64,000 nucleotides of DNA from Actinomycetota bacterium (lineage in GTDB: Bacteria > Actinomycetota > Actinomycetes > Mycobacteriales > SCTD01). The DNA lies in contig JAVXVI010000013.1 of assembly GCA_032230005.1 (NCBI GenBank), positions 1,813-65,812 on the forward strand, read 5' to 3'. The notes beneath the pieces were generated by a model, which was given only the letters and a program-made list of their open reading frames with translations, did not search any database and was not told the origin of the DNA. Below are positions 1 to 7,363 of this stretch, piece by piece; position 1 is the first letter of the stretch, and each line of letters opens with the position of its first letter. A program made the position numbers and the translations under genes.

Positions 1-417
1 ACCCTGCCCGGAGAGCTGGGTTGGCGCGCAGGCTGCGCCGTCATGGGGTCGCCGGCCGATCTGGAGCCGGCCGCTGGCGTCGATCCAGAGCACGAACGTC
101 GTACTCCCGTCATCGGCTGCTGCCAGCACCCGTCCCGACCAGGGCGAGCTGATACGACGCCAGGCCCCGCCTACCGACGCGGTCACGATGCTCACCTGCG
201 ACTGCCCGTCGCAGGACGCGGCACCCCACAGGGCACCGCTCGCGGTCGCCGCGATGTGGAGGGAGCCGGCACAAGCACGGACCACGCGGGTCGGGGCGTA
301 CCCGGCCGACGCCGGCGTCGCCGCCAGCAGCGCAGCAAGGACGAGTGCAGTGCGTCGTACGAGCCTCTCCGATCCGGTGACGAACAGCCGAAGGCCTGAG
401 CGGTTGACGGGACACAC
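1..417 (-). CDS. hypothetical secreted protein; N-terminal part only, the rest lies left of the window
   Basis: This frame runs off the left edge, so it is absent from the ORF track. Translation from GTG at 417 gives ...SERLVRRTALVLAALLAATPASAGYAPTRVV..., a signal-peptide-like h-region followed by an ASA site. Third codon positions are GC-rich. No family recognised. Confidence 0.3.
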   Translation of the reverse strand, partial: MCPVNRSGLRLFVTGSERLVRRTALVLAALLAATPASAGYAPTRVVRACAGSLHIAATASGALWGAASCDGQSQVSIVTASVGGAWRRISSPWSGRVLAAADDGSTTFVLWIDASGRLQIGRRPHDGAACAPTQLSGQG

Positions 418-554
418 AGGCAAGTGGCCGTGTTGTCAACGCGCGCCTACGTGAGCCAGCCCTCTCGCGGTGCGATCTTGAAGGCCCACTCGGCGGGCAG
501 TGTCCAGAGGCGTGCATGTTCGCCGGCAAATGGCGGGGCAGCGGTGGATGGACG

Positions 555-1691
555 CTACGGGATGCATCCCGAATATGAACGGACGGCATCGGGAGCCATG
601 AGCGTCACGGTTTGTGATACGTGCGTAAGGTCTAAGTCGTAGTTGACTGGCGCGTTGTCACTCGCGGGACACTGGGGTGTGCCAGCGGGCGACGAGAGCG
701 TGTTCATGCCGACGTTGCCACTTTGAACGCCGTCGACGAGCAGATTGATGATCGCGCCGCTAACTGCATTGCCCGCGACCTGACCGTTGTGCACGGTCGA
801 GGAGAACCAGGGCAGCACCCCGTAGGCGATGCCGAAGCTCAGCTTGCCGGCTCCCGTGACCGTGTTGTTCTGAATCACGCTGCCCGAATGAGAGCCATCC
901 GTTCCCGGTTGTGACGCGCCAAACTGCAGGCCTGCGAAGGCGTGGCGGTTTGCCTGCTGAATCGTGTTGTTGTGGATGCTGCAGTTGGTGGACTCGAAAG
1001 CGACGACGCCGACGTCCGAAGCGTCGGAGATCAGGTTGTCGTGGATGTCACCCTGTGCGCAGTAGCTGAGTGTGATGCCGTCTGACCAAGGCTCGGGGGC
1101 GTCGACAGCCTCCCTGCCATGGCCGTTGTCGGTGATGGTGTTGTGGGCGACGGTCATGGTCGTACCCGCAAGGTTCAGCGCCGATCCACAGACCGTCCTC
1201 ATGATGTTGTTGTATTCGAAATCAAGGGCGTTCGCTGTGGTCATGACGATGGTGGATTCAGCGTTGCGGTTGCCCGTGCAACTGCTTATGTCAGTGCGGC
1301 TGGGTCGGTTGCCGTCAAAGGTGACGTGATTGATCGTCGTGTGACTGACAGTGCTGCTTGTGATCGAAAGTAAGGGCGCATTCAAGGTTGACGCCGCGAC
1401 GAGCGTGGCGTTCGTCCCAGGCGTACTCGTCGTAATCGACGTGGTCGACACGGTTACGGCCAGGCCCTGCGACAAGATGTAGCCCGGTGAACCCGGGTCA
1501 AGGGTGAGCGTTCCGCCCTGGTTCAGACATGCCTGCAGTGCCGCGTCATCTGGCAGAGTGTCGGCGGGGTTCGCCGCGGGGCAACTCGTGGCGGCGAAGG
1601 CCGCTGGGGCGGTGCCCATCGTGGCCATGACGCAGGCGAGGGTGGCGATCAATAGCCACGAAAGGGACCAATTTACACGAACGGCACGCAA
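555..1691 (-). CDS. secreted right-handed parallel beta-helix protein (pectate-lyase/NosD-like fold)
   Basis: This is track ORF 555..1760. I prefer the TTG at 1691 (GGAGG 5 nt upstream), which gives the signal peptide (M)RAVRVNWSLSWLLIATLACVMATMGTAPAAFA. The mature part carries recurring short turns typical of beta-helix coils: NHVTFDGN, YNNIMR, AHNTITDN, IHDNLISD, IHNNTIQ, IQNNTVTG, AGNAVSG. GC content is visibly lower than in neighbouring genes. Confidence 0.7.
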   Translation of the reverse strand: MRAVRVNWSLSWLLIATLACVMATMGTAPAAFAATSCPAANPADTLPDDAALQACLNQGGTLTLDPGSPGYILSQGLAVTVSTTSITTSTPGTNATLVAASTLNAPLLSITSSTVSHTTINHVTFDGNRPSRTDISSCTGNRNAESTIVMTTANALDFEYNNIMRTVCGSALNLAGTTMTVAHNTITDNGHGREAVDAPEPWSDGITLSYCAQGDIHDNLISDASDVGVVAFESTNCSIHNNTIQQANRHAFAGLQFGASQPGTDGSHSGSVIQNNTVTGAGKLSFGIAYGVLPWFSSTVHNGQVAGNAVSGAIINLLVDGVQSGNVGMNTLSSPAGTPQCPASDNAPVNYDLDLTHVSQTVTLMAPDAVRSYSGCIP

Positions 1692-1787
1692 CGGGGCCTC
1701 CGGCAGCCGCCAGACAAAACTGGTGGGCGGAACCGTATCTGGGGCCGCAAACCGGCGCAATGCTCGTTCGGCTAGATGAACCGCTCG

Positions 1788-2570
1788 CTACTCGACTTTT
1801 GCCGCGACGAGCATTTGCCCAGGCTGCAAGGACGGCGGCATCACTCGATACACCGCATTCATCAGGGCTCCGGTGCCGCGACTTGGAGGCCCATCGTGGT
1901 GGACATACCTATAGTCCAGGTAACGCGCAGCGCGCCACTCCTCGACGCGGAAGCCGGCCGCTTGCACCGCCCCCACCAGTTCTCGCTTCGTGTATTCGCG
2001 GAAGTGCCCCGGGTCGTTGAGTGCCTCGCGTATCGGCTCATACGGATGTCGGCCTACAAGCATCTCCAGCCGCTTGTGAAGTGCGACCGCGTTTGGGGTC
2101 TGGATGATTAGCCGCCCCCCCTGTACGAGAAGGGTGCTGAGGAAAGCGAGTACGTACGAAGGGGCAACATAGAGATGTTCGATCACCTCGGCCATGACGA
2201 TCACGTCGTAACCGGGAAGATCCGACCGCCAACGCTCCCGATGCGCGGCCAAGTTGAGATCGAACCACCAGCTCCGCCCGGTCTCGATAGGCTCGTCGCC
2301 GAGGAAACCGAGCGCGTCCACTCGAATGCCGTATCGCTGATGCATGAGCCCGGTCAACCGGGAAAGCCCGATATCCAGCACGGTGCTTGAGCCGGCGACG
2401 AACCGATCCATGCTCTCCAGCAGGACGCGGTATCGCGGTGCGTGGAACGCAAGGTAACCGTCCTCCGGGAACTGCTGGCGCAGTTCTCGCGGCGTCGGGA
2501 GTGGTCGCAGCCCGCCCGGAGAGACTGGGCTTGTCTCTGGCATTGCCTCAGTATCTACGCTGCGCCCCAT
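1788..2570 (-). CDS. class I SAM-dependent methyltransferase
   Basis: 260-aa ORF with a motif I-like VLDIGLS, an acidic-loop/post-I region, and VIVMAEVIEHLYVAPSYVLAFLSTLLVQGGRLIIQTPN (Methyltransf_11/23-like). Its GC is lower than the window average. An alternative ATG at 2543 is possible. Confidence 0.75.
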   Translation of the reverse strand: MGRSVDTEAMPETSPVSPGGLRPLPTPRELRQQFPEDGYLAFHAPRYRVLLESMDRFVAGSSTVLDIGLSRLTGLMHQRYGIRVDALGFLGDEPIETGRSWWFDLNLAAHRERWRSDLPGYDVIVMAEVIEHLYVAPSYVLAFLSTLLVQGGRLIIQTPNAVALHKRLEMLVGRHPYEPIREALNDPGHFREYTKRELVGAVQAAGFRVEEWRAARYLDYRYVHHDGPPSRGTGALMNAVYRVMPPSLQPGQMLVAAKVE

Positions 2571-2710
2571 CGCGCGGGCGGAGGCGATAGCCAGCGCGGC
2601 TCTTTCACGATCACCTGGCTTCGGCGCATCCCCAAGCGACGACCGCTAGCAGACCCAGACCACGCACGGGCGCCGTCCCGGCGCGGGAGCACCGTCGACT
2701 CTCGGCGCGC

Positions 2711-3219
2711 TAAGTCGCGTACGTCGCCACCATCCTGCACCGGGCCTTCCGGGACGCGGTGCGCTGGCAAGCGCTCGTACGCAACCGGGTCACCGGGCTT
2801 TGCTTGGGGGACGCCCAAGACGAAGAAGGGACGCCGGACAGTCGCGCTGGACCCGGCGAGCGTCGCCGCGTTACGGCAGCACCGGACGCCAGCTCGAGGA
2901 ACGGATGGCCCTGGGCGCGAACTACGCCGACGAAGATCTGGTCGTGTGCAAGCTCGACGGCTCGCCGCTGCACCCGAAGAACCTGAGCTACAAGTTCGGT
3001 CGCGTCGCAAAGGCGGCGGGGCTCCCGCCGATCCGCCTCCACGACCTGCGCCACAGCCACGCCACCCTGGCCCTGCGAGTCGGAATCCACCCTCGAGTAG
3101 TGCAGGAGCGTCTCGGCCACGCCAACGTGTCGGTCACGCTGGACACCTACTCCAACGTCGACCTCGTGATGCAGACGGCCGCAGCGAAGCTGGTCGCCGC
3201 CCTGGTCACGGAATCATGA
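2711..3219 (+). pseudogene. tyrosine recombinase (phage-type integrase) remnant, frameshifted and internally deleted
   Basis: Consecutive integrase pieces lie in three different frames.
- Piece 1: VAYVATILHRAFRDAVRWQALVRNRVTG.
- Piece 2: GTPKTKKGRRTVALDPASVAALRQHR.
- Piece 3 (ORF 2800..3219): LEERMALGANYADEDLVVCKLDGSPLHPKNLSYKFGRVAKAAGLPPIRLHDLRHSHATLALRVGIHPRVVQERLGHANVSVTLDTYSNV, which carries the HxxR box and the terminal catalytic Tyr.
The N-terminal domain and the segment with the first catalytic Arg are missing. The remnant lies 120 nt from the 3' end of tRNA-Ser. Confidence 0.7.
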
Positions 3220-3340
3220 CGGCGGTTACCATCGCGGACCGCTCGCGACCTTTCGTGACCACTTCTGTGACCAGTCGGCCAAAAAAGCCACTTCGGCGTA
3301 GCCCTTCGGGCCCCTGACCTGCAGGAACGCTGTTGATCTT

Positions 3341-3430
3341 TGGCGGTGGCGGTGGGATTTGAACCCACGGACGACTTGCGCCGTCACACGCTTTCGAGGC
3401 GTGCTCCTTCGGCCGCTCGGACACGCCACC
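3341..3430 (-). tRNA. tRNA-Ser (anticodon CGA), CCA encoded
   Basis: The reverse complement reads GGTGGCGTGTCCGAGCGGCCGAAGGAGCACGCCTCGAAAGCGTGTGACGGCGCAAGTCGTCCGTGGGTTCAAATCCCACCGCCACCGCCA.
- The acceptor stem GGTGGCG pairs with CGCCACC.
- The anticodon stem CACGC/GCGTG closes the loop CUCGAAA, giving anticodon CGA.
- A long variable arm marks it as a class II tRNA.
- The T-arm is GTGGG-TTCAAAT-CCCAC. Confidence 0.9.
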
Positions 3431-3453
3431 GCCGACGAGCCTAGCGGAACGAC

Positions 3454-3891
3454 TCACCCCGGCCGGCGCCCCGCGAACCACTTCCGCAGCTGCTCCTCGC
3501 ACTCCGCGGCCAGCACCCCCACGACGACCTCCGGACGGTGGTTGAGGCGCCGGTCACGGACCAGGTCCCACACGGACCCGGCCGCCCCGGCCTTCGGATC
3601 GGCCGCGCCGTAGACGATGCGCTCCACGCGCGCGAGCACCGCGGCACCCGCGCACATGGCGCACGGTTCGAGCGTCACGACCAGGGTGCAGCCCTCGAGC
3701 CGCCACCCGTCGCCGGCGGCCGCAGCCCGCCGCAGCGCCAGTACCTCCGCATGGGCAGTCGGGTCGCCCGCCGCCTCGCGCTCGTTGTGAGCAGCGGCGA
3801 GGACGACGCCGTCGGGAGCCACCACCACCGCGCCCACCGGCACGTCCCCCTGACCCGCTGCCAGGTCAGCCTGCTCCAGTGCAAGGAGCAT
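3454..3891 (-). CDS. tadA: tRNA adenosine(34) deaminase TadA
   Basis: Carries the CDA zinc motifs HAEVLALR and TLEPCAMCAGA, and the N-terminus MLLALEQADLAAGQGDVPVGAVVV is typical of TadA. Track ORF 3454..4005 was trimmed to the ATG at 3891. Confidence 0.85.
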   Translation of the reverse strand: MLLALEQADLAAGQGDVPVGAVVVAPDGVVLAAAHNEREAAGDPTAHAEVLALRRAAAAGDGWRLEGCTLVVTLEPCAMCAGAAVLARVERIVYGAADPKAGAAGSVWDLVRDRRLNHRPEVVVGVLAAECEEQLRKWFAGRRPG

Positions 3892-3908
3892 CAGGCCGTC
3901 GTACGGCC

Positions 3909-4412
3909 TCACCCCTCGCGCAGCTCCTCGAGGATGTCCTCGCAGCCGGCCCGCTCGCACACCGACGTCAGCACGTCGGCGGGCAGCAGCCCCTCCTCTG
4001 CACACAGCGCAAGGAGCTGGCTGGACGGCGTCCCGAGATCGGCCAGCAGCTCGGGATCTCCGACCGGCTCAGCGACAGGGCGGGTGCCCTCGTCCTCGTC
4101 GTCATCCTCGTCATCCTCATCGAGCTCGGCTTCCTCCCAGAGCATCGCGGCGACGTCGCTGCCCTGGACGGCCCGCCGATCTGAGAGGAAGACCCGCGGC
4201 TCGTCCAGCCCGCTGGCGCCACCGTCGACCCGGACGATCGCGACGTACTCGTCGTCCTCCTCGAGCAGCAGCAGCGCGGGACCCGGGCCTTCGCCGCTCA
4301 GGTCGCGAAGGAGGTCGGTGAGTCCCTCGATGTCCTCGATCTCGTCGAGGTCGACCTCCACCCCGGTCCAGCTCTCTCCGGTGCGGGCGAGCGCGACGGC
4401 GAAGTACGACAC
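3909..4412 (-). CDS. tRNA adenosine deaminase-associated protein (actinobacterial family), copy 1
   Basis: 167-aa acidic protein: MSYFAVALARTGESWTGVEVDLDEIEDIEGLTDLLRDL...EDDEYVAIVRVDG...DEDDEDDDEDEG. It lies immediately upstream of tadA, as is typical for this family. Recognition is from memory of the family consensus. Confidence 0.65.
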   Translation of the reverse strand: MSYFAVALARTGESWTGVEVDLDEIEDIEGLTDLLRDLSGEGPGPALLLLEEDDEYVAIVRVDGGASGLDEPRVFLSDRRAVQGSDVAAMLWEEAELDEDDEDDDEDEGTRPVAEPVGDPELLADLGTPSSQLLALCAEEGLLPADVLTSVCERAGCEDILEELREG

Positions 4413-4453
4413 GTGAAGGGCTCCCGTTGCTGGGGACAGGACGGTGAGTGGAG

Positions 4454-4948
4454 CTAGTCCACGAGGGCGTCGACTACCCGCTCGTACGCATCGGCGAAAC
4501 CGAGTCGGCGGGCCAAGGCCGAGAGCATCTCGTCGGCATAGGCGTCGACGTCGGACAGGATGGCACCGAGCTCCATCTCATCGAGTCCCATGTCCTCGAA
4601 CACGCCGAGGTCTCCGACCGGCCAGACGTCCTCCAGGTCGTCCTCCCCCGGCACATCGAGGCCGAGAGCCTCGAGCACCTGCGCGGCCAGGTCCCAGGCG
4701 ACGGCCGCGGTGACGTCGGACAGCAGGAGACGAATGCGACCCATCTGGACGCGTACGACGACGAAGAACTCGTCGGCGACGTCCACGAGCGCGAACGACC
4801 CCGTCTCGCCGGGCTGCTGCCGGACGGCCGCGATGAGGCCGTCAAGGTCCTCGGTGAGCACCTCGGGCAGAACACCCACCTGCCAGGCACCCTCCTCGCG
4901 GAAGACGACGACGGCGTAGGCGTCGGCGTCGATCGCTGACCCCGCCAC
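4454..4948 (-). CDS. tRNA adenosine deaminase-associated protein, paralogous copy 2
   Basis: Same architecture as 3909..4412: AYAVVVFREEGAWQVGVLPEVLTEDLDGLIAAVRQ...EFFVVVRVQ...LLLSD, with an acidic C-terminal half. The GTG at 4948 has GAGGGG 6 nt upstream. Track ORF 4454..5065 was trimmed. Confidence 0.6.
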   Translation of the reverse strand: MAGSAIDADAYAVVVFREEGAWQVGVLPEVLTEDLDGLIAAVRQQPGETGSFALVDVADEFFVVVRVQMGRIRLLLSDVTAAVAWDLAAQVLEALGLDVPGEDDLEDVWPVGDLGVFEDMGLDEMELGAILSDVDAYADEMLSALARRLGFADAYERVVDALVD

Positions 4949-5097
4949 ATCAGACCCCTCGCCGCCGTACCGGACCGTCCTCGCGGACTCTGTCAGACCG
5001 GGCGAGCAGAGGGAAGGCGTGGCGCCGGTTCGCACGCCTGGCCACCGGGTAGCGACAAGGAACACAACGAACCCATACGCAACGCGGAGGACCTCCC

Positions 5098-5745
5098 ATG
5101 CAGAACCGGAACACGCTCGCCCACTTCCTCCACGACGCCGGGCTGGCGGCCTGGTTCGGGGGCTCGCTGATGGGTGCCATCGGTGTCAACGGCGCCGCCG
5201 CCGACGTCGACGACCCGCGGCAGCGTGCACGGGTGGCCAACGCCGGCTGGGGTCGATGGACCCCCTTCAACCTGGTCGCGATCGGTGCGCACCTCGTCGG
5301 CGGCGCGCAGCTGCTCAAGGCCAACAAGGGCCGCGTGGCGACGCAGAAGGGCGTCCTCGCCAACACCAACGTCAAGCTGGCACTCACGGCCGGCGCGCTC
5401 GGCGCGACGGCCTACTCCCGCCTGCTCGGGCAGAAGGTCATGAACGCCGGCGACGTGCCGGTCGCCGGTGGTACCGAGCCGCTGCCGTCGACGCCCCCGG
5501 AGGTCGCGAAGGCGCAGAAGCAGCTCAAGGCTCTGCAGTGGGCCATCCCCGGCCTGACCGGTGCTGTCCTCGCCTCGTCGTCGCTGCACGAGGAGCAGCA
5601 GCGGCCGAGCGAGGTCCTCAAGGGAACTCTGAAGGCTGTGCCGGGTCGTGCGGCGGCCCTCGGTGCGACCGCAGCCGCTACCGCCGCGACCGCGGCGACG
5701 GGTGCCTACGACAAGGTCTCGGACAAGGTCCGGGAAGCCGTCTAG
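5098..5745 (+). CDS. hypothetical membrane-associated protein (Ala/Gly-rich)
   Basis: 215-aa ORF whose ATG is preceded by GGAGGA 6 nt upstream. It has hydrophobic segments (AGLAAWFGGSLMGAIGV, FNLVAIGAHLVGGAQLL, LALTAGALGATAY). Codon third positions are GC-rich. No family recognised. Confidence 0.6.
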   Translation: MQNRNTLAHFLHDAGLAAWFGGSLMGAIGVNGAAADVDDPRQRARVANAGWGRWTPFNLVAIGAHLVGGAQLLKANKGRVATQKGVLANTNVKLALTAGALGATAYSRLLGQKVMNAGDVPVAGGTEPLPSTPPEVAKAQKQLKALQWAIPGLTGAVLASSSLHEEQQRPSEVLKGTLKAVPGRAAALGATAAATAATAATGAYDKVSDKVREAV

Positions 5746-5758
5746 CGCGAGCGTTCCG

Positions 5759-5796
5759 GGACGCCCCGCCACCTGCAGAAGGTGCGCGGGGCGTCC
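5759..5796 (+). terminator. GC-rich stem-loop between convergent genes (putative terminator, no U-tail)
   Basis: GGACGCCCCGC (5759-5769) pairs perfectly with GCGGGGCGTCC (5786-5796). An inner CACC/GGTG extension is possible. The structure starts 14 nt after the stop codon at 5743-5745. Confidence 0.45.
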
Positions 5797-5861
5797 TGCT
5801 GTCCGGACCAGTTGTGCCGAGCTCGCCCAGAGCCGGCGCCGACCAGAACTGCGCCAGTTCT

Positions 5862-6205
5862 TCACACGCAAGGGCATGCGCGGGCCGCATGGGCCTGTTC
5901 TGGTGCATCCGTGGCCGGGTCGGCGGGGATCAGGACCGCCGTCGCTTCGGCGAGGGACGCCCGGACCGTCGCGATCACGTACGCCGGATCGTGCAACACC
6001 TCGGCCCACGTGAACCGCAGCAACCGCCAGCCCAGACTGGCGCAGGAGTTCGCACGCCGACGGTCGAACTCGCGGGCGTCCTTCGGGTCATGCCATCGCC
6101 GGCCGTCCGTCTCCACGATCAGCCACCCGCATCTGCCAGCTGGCGCCGCGTGACGACCTGGTACCGGTCGGTCTCGCAGCTCGCGAACGCCTTGAGGGGA
6201 TCCAT
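5862..6205 (-). pseudogene. DUF559 (Vsr-like endonuclease domain) gene remnant, frameshifted with internal deletion
   Basis: The frame from ATG 6205 reads MDPLKAFASCETDRYQVVTRRQLADAGG*, an N-terminus typical of the family. A different frame then continues WLIVETDGRRWHDPKDAREFDRRRANSCASLGWRLLRFTWAEVLHDPAYVIATVRASLAEA, the DUF559 C-terminal core. The middle of a normal roughly 280-aa protein is absent. Confidence 0.5.
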
Positions 6206-6388
6206 AACCGCGACGCTGGGTCAGCAGCTGCGCCAGTTGGTTCGCCCAGACCACAACTGTGGACGGCGCGAGCGGCTGTGCAGAACTGCACCAGTCCTTC
6301 CGGTACGAGCGCGCTGACCCACTCTTGCAGCTCTTCTTGTGCATATCCGTCCCGGACTGACCGGAGGCGGGTACGGCGGGGGCGGGGG

Positions 6389-7363
6389 TCAGGTGGAGTC
6401 GTCGTGGGGGGCTGTCGGGTCGTGGACGGTGGGGTCAGGGCCGGGCGCCGGTGAGGTCGGGGCGCCGGTCTTGCCGAAGAAGGACTGCGCGGCTCCCACC
6501 CCTGCCACGGCACCCGACGCGGCCGCGATCTGCACCAGCTGCAGCTGCGGCGTGAGATCGCCGGCCGCGTAGACACCGGGGACCGTGGTCTGCCCGGTGC
6601 GGTCGACGCTGACGTAGCCGTCGTCGTCGAGCCGGCAGCCCAGCGACACCGCGAGCTCGACCTGCGGGGCGTGCCTGAGGGAGAAGAAGACGAGGGACGC
6701 GGGCAGGCGCCGGCCGTCGCGCAGGAGCACGGACTCGAGGTTGCCGCGGCTGCCGACGAACTCCACCGCGTCCTGCTCGATCAGCTCGATCTCGTTGCCC
6801 GCCAGGGTCTGGCGGCACGCCTCATCACCCTCGAAGCGGTGGCCGTCGGTGACGACCGTCACGGACTTCGCCCAGTTGAGCAGCGTCGATGCGAACCCGA
6901 CGAGGTGCGCGTCCCAGCCGAGAGCCACGACGTCGCAGTCCCGCGCCTCGTAGCCGTCGCAGGCCGGGCAGTGGAATGCCGACGCGCCGTAGTGCTCGTC
7001 GAAGCCCGTGACCGCGGGGAACGCGTCCTTCACCCCCGTCGCGAGGACGACGCGATGCGCGACGAGTGAGTCGTCCGCCAGCGAGACGTCGAACAGCCCG
7101 TCGTCACGCCGGCGAACTCCCGAAACGGACGAGTGCCGGACGGACGCGGTGGGATACGCCAGCAGCTCCTCGCGGCCACGGGCCAGCAGCTCCACCGGTG
7201 TCTGCGGGTCCCGCCCGAGGTAGCCGTGCGAGTGCTCGACCCGAGCCGACCGGTAGTCCTGCGAGTCGACCACGACGACCGACCTCCGGTAACGGCCCAG
7301 CCACAGCGCCGCGGCGAGCCCGGCCGGGCCGCCGCCGACGACGACCGCGTCGACCTCCGTCAC
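6389..7363 (-). CDS. FAD-dependent pyridine nucleotide-disulfide oxidoreductase (thioredoxin-reductase-like)
   Basis: Has the dinucleotide motif VDAVVVGGGPAGLAAALWLGR, a redox-active CxxC in FHCPACDGYE (compare TrxB CATCDG), and the C-terminal motif VPGVYAAGD. The GTG start at 7363 overlaps the recQ stop (GTGA). Track ORF 6389..7582 was trimmed. Confidence 0.8.
   Translation of the reverse strand: MTEVDAVVVGGGPAGLAAALWLGRYRRSVVVVDSQDYRSARVEHSHGYLGRDPQTPVELLARGREELLAYPTASVRHSSVSGVRRRDDGLFDVSLADDSLVAHRVVLATGVKDAFPAVTGFDEHYGASAFHCPACDGYEARDCDVVALGWDAHLVGFASTLLNWAKSVTVVTDGHRFEGDEACRQTLAGNEIELIEQDAVEFVGSRGNLESVLLRDGRRLPASLVFFSLRHAPQVELAVSLGCRLDDDGYVSVDRTGQTTVPGVYAAGDLTPQLQLVQIAAASGAVAGVGAAQSFFGKTGAPTSPAPGPDPTVHDPTAPHDDST

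Noticed and set aside
531-553. TGGCGGGGCAGCGGTGGATGGAC as a possible distal att repeat of the tRNA-Ser 3' end (TGGCGGTGGCGGTGGGATTTGAAC)
   Set aside because: It matches only about 60-65% and needs gaps, and GGCGG-rich strings are common at this GC content. This is not convincing without a proper alignment. The true att copy may lie outside the window or be eroded.
3538-4416. 292-aa plus-strand ORF with a poly-Ser run
   Set aside because: It is the antisense of tadA and the acidic deaminase-associated gene. The poly-Ser run is the complement of the DEDDED tract. It has no independent support.
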